Shown here piece by piece: positions 47,276 to 55,538 of a stretch of 64,000 bases of DNA. Both the position numbers and the translations under genes were made by a program. The stretch's first letter is position 1. Each line of letters begins with the position of its first letter. Location of the stretch: contig CAVYEA010000012.1 in NCBI GenBank assembly GCA_963767385.1, positions 7,450 through 71,449 of the forward strand, read 5' to 3'. Source of the DNA: an uncultured Actinomycetes bacterium (GTDB lineage: Bacteria; Actinomycetota; Actinomycetes; Streptosporangiales; Streptosporangiaceae). The notes beneath the pieces were generated by a model. That model was not told where the DNA came from. It saw only the letters and a program-made list of their open reading frames with translations, and ran no database searches.

Positions 47276-47569
47276 GGTCCCCCCTGGTTTCGTGTGGCCA
47301 GCAGTTGTAGCCTGGCGCCGCTGACCCTACACCCGCGTGCTTCTGTTTTATACCGGCCAGGCCCCTCCGGCAGGCGGTAAGGTCCGCACAATCCGCGCCA
47401 GCATGGGTGATTCGGGCGCATATCGGAAAATTCTTAGCTCATATTTAGTACTGCACCGGGCGCTTTGGGATTAGCCCGCGCGGATCAGCGGTCATACCGC
47501 AGCCAGGGGCACGCTCATCCTCCCCTGGCGCGCTCCGGCGCGCTCCGGCGCGCCCGGGCGGAACCCGTC

Positions 47570-47716
47570 CCCCGCACCCCGCACCCCGCACCCCGCACCC
47601 CGCACCCCGCACCCCGCACCCCGCACCCCGCACCCCGCACCCCGCACCCCGCACCCCGCACCCCGCACCCCGCACCCCGCACCCCGCACCCCGCACCCCG
47701 CACCCCGCACCCCGCA
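47570..47716. repeat. perfect heptanucleotide tandem array (CCCCGCA)x21; (TGCGGGG)x21 on the minus strand
   Basis: Read directly: G at 47574, 47581 ... 47714, period 7, no mismatch. Confidence 0.97.
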
Positions 47717-47734
47717 CCGACAAGATAAGCATGC

Positions 47735-47763
47735 TTGACAAATTAAATTGTCGGTGAAACAGT
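47735..47763 (+). promoter_or_regulatory. candidate promoter of the ArsR-like gene (leaderless transcript predicted)
   Basis: TTGACA (47735-47740), 17-nt spacer, AACAGT (47758-47763), ATG at 47770; bracketed by the 9-bp inverted repeat CACCGACAA (47715-47723) / TTGTCGGTG (47748-47756). Confidence 0.45.
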
Positions 47764-47769
47764 ACAGCC

Positions 47770-48358
47770 ATGCACGACGTGACCGTGATCGACGACCCCG
47801 CCGCCGCCGAGGCCTCGCTGGATCCCATCCGCGCCCGCCTGCTCGCAGAGCTGGCGGAGCCGGGGTCGGCCAGCACCCTCGCGACGCGCGTCGGGCTCAC
47901 CCGCCAGAAGGCCAACTACCACCTGCGTGCGCTTGAGCGTCATGGCCTGGTGGAGCTGGTCGAGGAGCGGCGCAAGGGCAACTGCACCGAGCGCGTGCTC
48001 CAGGCCACGGCCGCGTCCTACGTGATCTCGCCCGCCGCTCTGTCCGCGGTCGCGCCGGATCCGTCCCGGGGGCCAGACCAGCGGTCAGCGCGCTGGCTGC
48101 TCGCGGTGGCCGGCCGGCTGGTCCGGGAGGTCGGCGAGCTGATCACCCGGTCGAGCGCCGCCGGCCAGCCGGTGGCGACCCTCGGTATCGACAGCGAGGT
48201 GCGCTTCGCGTCCGCCCAGGACCGCGCGGCGTTCGCCGCTCGAGCTGGCCGAGGCCGTGAACGGGCTGGTCGCCCGGTACCACGACGAGAACGCACCCGG
48301 CGGCCGCGAGCACCGGTTCGTCGTCGCACTCCATCCCAAGATCACTAAGGAGCCCTAG
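47770..48358 (+). pseudogene. ArsR-like winged-helix regulator, one frameshift
   Basis: ..DPIRARLLAELAEPGSASTLATRVGLTRQKANYHLRALERHGLVE..; after about 48240 the sensible C-terminus (ELAEAVNGLVARYHDENAPGGREHRFVVALHPKITKEP*) is in another frame, stop 48356-48358. Confidence 0.7.
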
Positions 48359-48360
48359 TC

Positions 48361-49092
48361 ATGACACGCCAATTCGAGATCAGCCGCGAGATCGACCTGC
48401 CCGCTGCCCCCGAAGACGTCTGGACGGCGATCACCGCCGACACCGCCGCCTGGCAGTTCCCGACCGGGATGGAGATCCCCGCCGGGGCCACGCCGCCCGA
48501 GGGGGCGCCCGTCCAGACATGGGACCCGCCGCACCGGCTCGTGATCCGCATGGAGTCCCCCGACGGGACCTTCAACGCGCTGGATTACGCGATCGAGGCC
48601 CGCGGCGGCGGGACCGCGCACCTGCGCTACGTGCACAGCGGCATCCTCGCCGACGGGTGGGAGGACCAGTACGACGCCATCGGCGGCCACACGGACTTCT
48701 ACCTGCACACGCTCGGCCAGTACCTGGGGCACTTCAACGGCCGCCGGGTCACCTACGTCGGCCAGCCGTCGGCGGGGATCGAGGGCCCGAAGGCGGCGGC
48801 AGCGCCGGACGCCATGGCCACGCTGCGCGCGGCGCTCGGCATCGGTGACGACGCCGCAGTCGGCGACGCCGTCCACGCCAGCCTCGGCGACGCGGGCCCG
48901 CTCGACGGCGTCATCGACTACGTGACGCCGGAGTTCATCGGTGTGCGCACGCAGGACAGCCTCTACCGCTTCTTCGGCCGCAACCACTTTGGCAGCGTGG
49001 TCGGGATGAGCGCGCACGTGTTCCGCGACGACGTGGATGCGGCGGCCGCCGAGGCGGCGCTCAAGAGCTGGCTGGACTCCGTCTACGAGTAG
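48361..49092 (+). CDS. SRPBCC-superfamily protein
   Basis: 243 aa; MTRQFEISREIDLPAAPEDVWTAIT.. N-terminal signature; starts 3 nt after the regulator stop. Confidence 0.8.
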   Translation: MTRQFEISREIDLPAAPEDVWTAITADTAAWQFPTGMEIPAGATPPEGAPVQTWDPPHRLVIRMESPDGTFNALDYAIEARGGGTAHLRYVHSGILADGWEDQYDAIGGHTDFYLHTLGQYLGHFNGRRVTYVGQPSAGIEGPKAAAAPDAMATLRAALGIGDDAAVGDAVHASLGDAGPLDGVIDYVTPEFIGVRTQDSLYRFFGRNHFGSVVGMSAHVFRDDVDAAAAEAALKSWLDSVYE

Positions 49093-49117
49093 GGGTGCCA
49101 CGGCCGGACGCCCAAGG

Positions 49118-49157
49118 CCGCCTCTGCCGGGTCATGACCGGCAGAGGCGGTCGTTTC
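49118..49157. terminator. bidirectional intrinsic terminator candidate
   Basis: Perfect 13-bp stem CCGCCTCTGCCGG / CCGGCAGAGGCGG with 7-nt loop, followed by TCGTTTCTC; sits between convergent genes. Confidence 0.6.
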
Positions 49158-50086
49158 TCAGTTGGCGGCCGCGAGTCTTGCTAGCAGCGCCCTGGTCTCG
49201 TGCCTGCTCTGGCCGGGATCATCCCCGACCGGGAAGACGATGGGCCAGAACTCAGTGACGCCCAGGCCGGCCAGCCGCTCCAGCTGTTTCTCGATCTGGG
49301 CTCCGGTCCCGGTGATGGCCAGGGCACCCGGTGATGCCACCCTCTCGCGCTGAAGCAGCCGCTGGTAGTTCTCCAGCCCGGCGTACCGGGCGAACACCTC
49401 GTCGGCGGCGCGAAGGGCGGCGCCGGGCTCGTCGCAGACCGCCACCGGCAGCGCGGCCACGACCCGTGGCGCTGGCCGGCTGCGGCCGCCGCCCGCAACT
49501 GCGGGACGATGTGCTCACCCAGGGTGCGCGGGCCCGCCAGCCAGGTCACCACGCCGTCGGCGAGTTCCCCGGCGACCCGCACCATCAACGGCGAGAGCGC
49601 CCCGACCAGCACGGGCACGGGGCTGGTTCCCGGCACGGTAAAGCCCCCGTCTACCCGGTAGAAATCGCCGCGGTGACGGACGTGGCCCTCGCGCAGCAAC
49701 GGTACGAGCACCGAGAGGTACTCGCGCATGTGCGCGGCGGGCCGCTCATAGCGGATCCCGTGCAGATCCTCGATGACCGGGCGGTGCGACACGCCCACCC
49801 CGAGCGTCAGCCGGCCGCCGCAGAACGCCTGGGTGGTCGCCGCTTGCTGGGCGAGCGCCAGCGGGTGCCGCGGATACGTCGGCACGATCCCCACGCCCAG
49901 GTCGACCCGGCCGGTCCGGGTGCCCGCCACGGCCAGGACGTCAAGCGCATCCACTCCGCGCGAGAAATGCACGGACCAGGCTGAACGGAACCCGTCCGTC
50001 TCAGCGGCCACCACGTCACGCACGATGTCGTGCGGGGCCATCGGCGTCCCGACCACCTCACCGCCGACTCCCATCGCGATCCGCAT
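49158..50086 (-). pseudogene. LLM-class F420-dependent oxidoreductase, one frameshift
   Basis: ORF 49181..50137 (MRIAMGVGGEV..GVGVSH..) loses sense after ..LRAAAAAGQ; ORF 49158..49460 (..VVAALPVAVCDEPGAALRAADEVFARYAGLENYQRLL..) supplies the C-terminus; shift near 49465-49475. Confidence 0.75.
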
Positions 50087-50221
50087 GCGATCAGCATTCT
50101 GTGGCGGCCGTCCGCCAGCATCGTCACGCCGAGGCAAAACACGCCGCCCGGCTCACCCGCGGGTGGCGAGCCAGTCAGCCGGCCCCGGCGGGGCCGGGAT
50201 GGCGGCCCCGGCCGGGCCCGC

Positions 50222-51199
50222 TCACGTCGGCGTGCCGCTTTCCCGGAGTCGCTGGCTGCCGAGTTCCGCGTGCATGACGTGCATGTCGCAGTACGCGCGG
50301 GGGGTGACGCCAAACCGGCCCCGGAACTCGCTGATGAAGTGCGAGACGCTGGCGTAGCCCACTTCCTTGGAGACCCGGGCCACGGCCAGGTTCCCGTCCA
50401 CGAGCAGCTCGCGGGCCCGGTCCAGGCGCATCTCCTTCAGGAACTGATACGGCGCACGGCCGGTGACGTCGCGGAACAGGTGCGCGAACGCTGACGGGCT
50501 CAGGCTGACCTGCTCGGCCATGTCGGCGACGGTCAGCGGCTCAGACAGGTGAGCCCGCACGTAGTCAAGGACCGCGGACACCGGGTTGGTGGCCGCCTCC
50601 GCCGCGGCGATCGCCAGCAGCCGGGCGAACTGCTCACGCTGCAGCACCCGGTACACGGTCTCCTGCAGGTACAGCGGGGCCAGCACCCGCCGGTCGGTGT
50701 CCGTGCCCACCGCGCGCAGGAAGCGCAGCACCGCACCGAGCAGCTCCTGATCAAGCGCCGATACCAGGGCCGGCTGGTCCGGCGCGTTCGCCTCGCCGTT
50801 CCGGGACCGGAACGCGGTGGTACGCCGCTCCAGCATGTCGCTGGACACCCGGCGGACCAGGGCCGGCTCGATCTGCAGCACGAGGGACAGGAAGGGACGG
50901 CTCGGCGACGCTTCCAGGATCTCGGCCTGGAAGTGCAGGTGGCTGCTCAGCACCAGGTAATGAAACGGGTCGTACAGGTAGGTCTCGCCGTTGACGGTGA
51001 CCGCCTTGCGCCCCTGGGCCACGATGCACAGCGACAGCGACTGGATTTCCTCCCAGCTGGGCCCGGCCGGCGCGGTGAACCGGTAGATCGTCAGGCCGGG
51101 CCACGCCCCGGCGTTGGGCCCCGCCTCCGGGGCCCGCGCGGCGAGCTCGGCGATCAGGTCGCCCGAAGTGACCGGCCGTTCAAGCTGCCCAGAACTCAT
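50222..51199 (-). CDS. AraC-family transcriptional regulator (AraC_N cupin-like sensor plus HTH)
   Basis: Start ATG 51199; C-terminal ..LTVADMAEQVSLSPSAFAHLFRDVTGRAPYQFLKEMRLDRARELL..VGYASVSHFISEFRGRFGVTP. Confidence 0.9.
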   Translation of the reverse strand: MSSGQLERPVTSGDLIAELAARAPEAGPNAGAWPGLTIYRFTAPAGPSWEEIQSLSLCIVAQGRKAVTVNGETYLYDPFHYLVLSSHLHFQAEILEASPSRPFLSLVLQIEPALVRRVSSDMLERRTTAFRSRNGEANAPDQPALVSALDQELLGAVLRFLRAVGTDTDRRVLAPLYLQETVYRVLQREQFARLLAIAAAEAATNPVSAVLDYVRAHLSEPLTVADMAEQVSLSPSAFAHLFRDVTGRAPYQFLKEMRLDRARELLVDGNLAVARVSKEVGYASVSHFISEFRGRFGVTPRAYCDMHVMHAELGSQRLRESGTPT

Positions 51200-51282
51200 C
51201 GCGATGCCTCCTTGCCCGCTTGACACCAGCATGCTCTACGGGGGGCTGCCTGGCGGAATGGGCAAGAGATCAGCAGAAAATC

Positions 51283-51300
51283 GCTATGCCAGGGCATAGC
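51283..51300. promoter_or_regulatory. perfect palindrome GCTATGCC-AG-GGCATAGC; operator candidate
   Basis: In the 193-bp divergent region between the AraC regulator and the first gene of the monooxygenase operon. Confidence 0.4.
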
Positions 51301-51392
51301 TGTCTCGGCGCAGCGATGGCAGAGTCACCAGAACGTGACCTAAGCCACACCGACACTCGCCCAGGACAGCGCCCTCGCCGTGGAGGAAGCCG

Positions 51393-52423
51393 ATGACCCG
51401 GATTGCGTACCTCGTGACCAGTGCACGGGAGATCACTCTCGCGGACGGGACACCGCACCCGACGGGCTACTTCGCCGAGGAAGCCTGAAGCCGTACCAGC
51501 GGCTCAGCGCCGCCGGCTTCGACGTCACGGTGATCACGCCGGACGGCGAGACGCCCTACGCCGACCCGTACGGCCTGTCCTGGTTCTTCCACTATCCGGA
51601 GGAGGACAAGGACTACCTGGCCTCCGTGGTCCGTACCTTCGCTCACGACGTCGATGACATCCGCATCACCCTGCACCAGAACACCGAGCTCGGCCTGGCC
51701 GCCGCCCGTCGCATCGCCGCGCGGCTGCAAGCCGGCGGCCGCTCCGCCGCGGAGGCGCACCGCATCGTCGCCGCGGCCGCGAAGCAGGCCTGGCGGCAGG
51801 ACCGGCAGCTCGCGGACGTGCTCGCCGAGGACAGCTCGCTCGGGCTCACCCGCGGGCAGATCCAGGAGGAGATCGACGCCCAGCGAGCCGACAGCGAGCA
51901 CCTGGCCGCCGGGCGGCTGGCGGCGCTGGAGGCGATCCCGGGCTTCCAGCACCCGGTCGCGCTGTCCGGGCTGAGCGAGGCGGACCTGGCCGAGTTCGAC
52001 GCGGTCTTCACGCCAGGCGGGCACGGCCCGATGGTTGACCTGTCCGACAACCCGGATGTCGCCCGGCTGCTGACCGTGCTGCACGGCAAGGGCGCGCCGA
52101 TCGCCGCGCTGTGCCACGGGCCGGCCCTGCTGCTCTCCGCACCGGAGCGCCCCGATGGGCAGTGGCTGTTCGACGGATACCGGCTGACCTGCTTCACCGA
52201 CGAGGAGGAACTCCAGACCGAGGCGGGCCGGCTGGGCATGGGCTGGTTCCTGGACACCGCGCTGAAGAACGCCGGTGCCGTCTTCGACGACGGCCCCTCG
52301 GCCTGGGTCTCGCACGTTGTGGTGGACCGCAACCTGATCACCGGGCAGAACCCGGGATCCACGGAGGCGACCGCCGACGCGGTCATCAAGATCCTCCGCG
52401 CCCCGGCCCGGGCCGCGGCCTGA
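51393..52423 (+). pseudogene. DJ-1/PfpI (type 1 glutamine amidotransferase-like) protein, one frameshift near codon 31
   Basis: ATG 51393 with GGAGGAAG upstream gives MTRIAYLVTSAREITLADGTPHPTGYFAEEA* (stop 51486-51488); continuation LKPYQRLSAAGFDVTVITPDG..FTPGGHGPM..IAALCHGPA.. is in ORF 51380..52423. Confidence 0.75.
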
Positions 52424-52463
52424 GCCGCCGGGCTTCGCCCACGATGGCAAGGAGTGCCCGCTG

Positions 52464-52913
52464 ATGACCAGCACGATCCCAGGCACCAGGACCGCGACGG
52501 AAACGGTGCAGGCCTTCCTGGATGCCTTCGCCCGCCGCGACGTCGCGGCGGCCCTCGACGTCGTTGACCCGCGGGTGTCGGTCACCGTCCACCCGCTCGG
52601 CATCCACGCCGCCGGGAGCGATGCGCTGCGCGGGGTGCTCGCCGACCTGGTCCGGGCGTTCCCCGACCTGCTGGTGACCACCGGCCGCGTGATCACCACC
52701 GGGGACGTGGTGACCGCGCTGATCAAGGTGGAGGGCACCCAGGCCGCCGACTACGCGGGCGCGATCAACCAGGAAAAGCACCTGGACATCGATCAGGCGT
52801 GGCGGTTCACCGTCCGCGGCGGCACGGTCACCGGGGTGACCGCCTACTGGTGCCAGCAGCAGCTGTACCGGCGGCTCGCGGTCAAGCGCTTCGACGCGAT
52901 CGCGATCGCCTGA
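52464..52913 (+). CDS. NTF2/SnoaL-like fold protein
   Basis: 149 aa; ..TVQAFLDAFARRDVAAALDVVDPRV.. typical SnoaL-like N-terminus. Confidence 0.8.
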   Translation: MTSTIPGTRTATETVQAFLDAFARRDVAAALDVVDPRVSVTVHPLGIHAAGSDALRGVLADLVRAFPDLLVTTGRVITTGDVVTALIKVEGTQAADYAGAINQEKHLDIDQAWRFTVRGGTVTGVTAYWCQQQLYRRLAVKRFDAIAIA

Positions 52914-52926
52914 GGAGGGGGACCCG

Positions 52927-53402
52927 ATGACAACAGTGCAGGCGCCGGCCCGCACCGCCGAGTCGGCGGCCGCGGTCGTCACAGAGTTCTTCGGCCGGTA
53001 CCGGGCCCACGATGTCAACGGCATGGCCGAGCTGTGCGGCATCAACGCCGACTTCTCCTATGTGCCGATCGAGATGTGGGGCAAGCAGCGGGTGCTGCGC
53101 GGCGATGGCAAGGTCGGCACGATCGGCAAGCCGCTGTGGACCGGGCTGATCAACGCCTTCCCGAACCTGTCCAACACGGTGCGCACCGTGGTCGCCAACG
53201 ACGACGGCGACGTGGTCGCCGAGGTTGACATCGGCGGCACCCAGCAGCTGGCCTGGGGCCTGATCCGGCCGCCGGCCAGCACTACAGCGAGCCGCACCTG
53301 TTCATCTTCCACGTCGGCGAGGACCTGCTCATCGACAGCATCACGGCGTACTGGAACGACGCCGGCATCAGCCAGCAGCTCGGTCACGAGGAAGTTGACT
53401 GA
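52927..53402 (+). pseudogene. NTF2/SnoaL-like fold protein, one frameshift
   Basis: ORF 52927.. is good up to ..GGTQQLAWGL; C-terminus DPAAGQHYSEPHLFIFHVGEDLLIDSITAYWNDAGISQQLGHEEVD* is in another frame (stop 53400-53402); shift near 53255-53265. Confidence 0.7.
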
Positions 53403-53419
53403 CGAAGGGGCCCGCAGAG

Positions 53420-54940
53420 ATGGCACTGCTCAAGCGCGAAGAGTGGCAGGGCTTCGTCCGCGACGTGGACTGGACGTACAGCTACGTAGACGATGAAGCC
53501 GTCTTCCCCGAGTGGCACAGCGGCACCGGCAAGGTGCCCCGTGCGGCCTGGTCGGCGTGGGAAGAGGATTACAAGGTCAGCTACCCCGAGTACGTGGCGA
53601 TGCAGCGGGACAAGGAGGCCTCGGCCTACGCGGTCAAGGCGGCGCTGCAGCGCTCGTTCACCTTCGAGCACCTGGACGAGGGCTGGAAGTCGGCGACGAA
53701 GATGCACTTCGGCGGGGTTGCCCTGGTGGAGTACGCCGCGGTGCTGGCCGAGCTGAAGATGGCGCGGTTCGGGCTCAACGGGGCCTGGCGGAACATGGCC
53801 ACCTTCGGCCAGCTCGACGAGCTGCGGCACGCGGCCATCACCACGTTCTTCGGCCACGAGTTCGTCGGCAGGGACCCGCAGTACGACTGGACGCAGAAGG
53901 CGTTCCACACCAACGACTGGGTGCTGATCTCCCTGCGCAACCTGTTCGACAACATGATGATCGCCTCGAACGTGGTGGACATGGCCATCGAGCTGCCGTT
54001 CACCTTCGAGACCGGGTTCACCAACCTGCAATTCGTGGCCCTGGCCGCGGACGCGCTGGAATCCGGGGACGTCAACTTCGCCAACATGATCTCGTCCATC
54101 CAGACGGATGAGGCGCGGCACTCCCAGCAGGGCGGCCCGACGCTGGAGATCCTGGTCGAGCACGACCCGGTGCGGGCGCAGTGGGTGGTGGACAAGAGCT
54201 TCTGGGGCTCGGCGCGCGCCTTCGCCGCCCTCACCGGGCCGGCCATGGACTACTACACCCCGCTGGAGCACCGCAAGCAGTCCTACCGGGAGTTCATGGA
54301 GGAGTGGGTCATCGACCAGTTCGTCCGCACCATCGAGGACTACGGGCTGAAGAAGCCGTGGTTCTGGGACGAGTTCATGCGCGGCCTGGACACCTGGCAC
54401 CACGGGCTGCAGATGGGCCTGTGGTACTGGCGGCCCACGCTGTGGTGGCGGCCCAAGGCCGGGGTCAGCAAGGACGAGCGCGCCTGGCTGGCGGAGAAGT
54501 ACCCGAACTGGGAAAAGGTCTACGGCGACAAGTGGGACGTGCTGATCGACAACGTCAACGCCAACAACCTGGAAGCGACGCTGCCGGAGACGCTGCCCTG
54601 GCTGTGCATCACCTGCCACCTGCCCTGCTGCAACGCCACCCAGTCACGGGACGGCACCTGGCGGGTGCGCGACTGGTCGCTGCGCTACGACGGGAAGACC
54701 TATCACTTCTGCACGAACGCCTGCCGGCAGATCTTCTGGAAGGACCGCGACAACGTCAACCACGAGACGCTGGTTGACCGGTTCCTGGCCGGGCAGATCC
54801 AGCCGATGGACGTCGGCGGGATCCTCGGCTACATGGGCATGACGCCGGACGCGATGGGCGATGACCCCGACTACGAGGCGTGGACCAGGGACTATGTCGG
54901 GCGCCCGGCCGAGGGCATCGCGCTGGGAGCCCAGTCATGA
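53420..54940 (+). CDS. soluble di-iron monooxygenase, hydroxylase alpha subunit (TmoA/TouA-like)
   Basis: 506 aa; di-iron ligand motifs FGQLDELRH and SIQTDEARH, ETGFTN; C-terminal CxxC...CxxxC cluster. Confidence 0.95.
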   Translation: MALLKREEWQGFVRDVDWTYSYVDDEAVFPEWHSGTGKVPRAAWSAWEEDYKVSYPEYVAMQRDKEASAYAVKAALQRSFTFEHLDEGWKSATKMHFGGVALVEYAAVLAELKMARFGLNGAWRNMATFGQLDELRHAAITTFFGHEFVGRDPQYDWTQKAFHTNDWVLISLRNLFDNMMIASNVVDMAIELPFTFETGFTNLQFVALAADALESGDVNFANMISSIQTDEARHSQQGGPTLEILVEHDPVRAQWVVDKSFWGSARAFAALTGPAMDYYTPLEHRKQSYREFMEEWVIDQFVRTIEDYGLKKPWFWDEFMRGLDTWHHGLQMGLWYWRPTLWWRPKAGVSKDERAWLAEKYPNWEKVYGDKWDVLIDNVNANNLEATLPETLPWLCITCHLPCCNATQSRDGTWRVRDWSLRYDGKTYHFCTNACRQIFWKDRDNVNHETLVDRFLAGQIQPMDVGGILGYMGMTPDAMGDDPDYEAWTRDYVGRPAEGIALGAQS

Positions 54941-55230
54941 CTGCCGAACTCGGCGTCGAGGACCAGCCCCCGCAGCTGGTCCCGCTGAACGCCATCTTCG
55001 CGACCGACTTCGTGCAGATCCTGGTCCCGGTGACCACGGCCAACACCATGCGCGAGGTGGCCGCGGCGGTGGCCCACCACGTCGAGGGCCGCCGGGTGCG
55101 CGCGCTGCCCTACGAGAAGGTCGTGATCCACAACGGCAGGCGGCTGCCGCCCGACATCACCGTGGCCGCCGCGGGCATCCAGCCGCTCGACCACGTCGCG
55201 GTCGAGTACGACATCCCGGAGGGGTCATGA
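54937..55230 (+). CDS. monooxygenase gamma subunit (TmoB-like)
   Basis: 97 aa; ..FATDFVQILVPVTTANTMREVAAAVAHHVEGRRV.. resembles TmoB; ATGA overlap with the alpha stop. Confidence 0.85.
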   Translation: MTAELGVEDQPPQLVPLNAIFATDFVQILVPVTTANTMREVAAAVAHHVEGRRVRALPYEKVVIHNGRRLPPDITVAAAGIQPLDHVAVEYDIPEGS

Positions 55231-55538
55231 GGAACCCGGTCGGCCCCATCCTGCGGATGGGCGACGAGGTCGAGCAGGTCATCGCCGCCATCGAGGACGA
55301 CAACCCCGGCACCGACATCGAGGTCATCGACCGTGGCGCCTACGTCCGGGTGCAGGGCGAGAACCGGATCACGGTGACCGAGCAGACGCTGCGCCGATAT
55401 CTGGGCGCCGACTTCGAGATCGCATCCTTCGGCTCGATGATGTCCGCCTTCAGCGGCCGGGCGATCACCACGAGCGACGCCATCACCTGGGAGAGCTTTG
55501 GAGCGCGCCGGAGCGAGAAGAAGGAGGTGCCGGCATGA
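55227..55538 (+). CDS. monooxygenase effector/coupling protein (MmoB/DmpM/TmoD family)
   Basis: 103 aa; VGPILRMGDEVEQVIAAIEDDNPGTDIEVIDRGAYVRV; ATGA overlap. Confidence 0.9.
   Translation: MRNPVGPILRMGDEVEQVIAAIEDDNPGTDIEVIDRGAYVRVQGENRITVTEQTLRRYLGADFEIASFGSMMSAFSGRAITTSDAITWESFGARRSEKKEVPA

Noticed and set aside
47570-47716. The heptamer array considered as a CRISPR array or a telomere-like repeat
   Set aside because: It has no spacers (units are contiguous) and no cas genes. It is internal, with ordinary genes on both sides, so it is not a chromosome end.
47445-47943. Several ORFs translating the heptamer array into PHPAPRT or RGAGCGV peptide repeats
   Set aside because: They are artefacts of an open repeat. 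A 7-bp unit cycles through all three frames, the region is intergenic, and a promoter-like element follows it.
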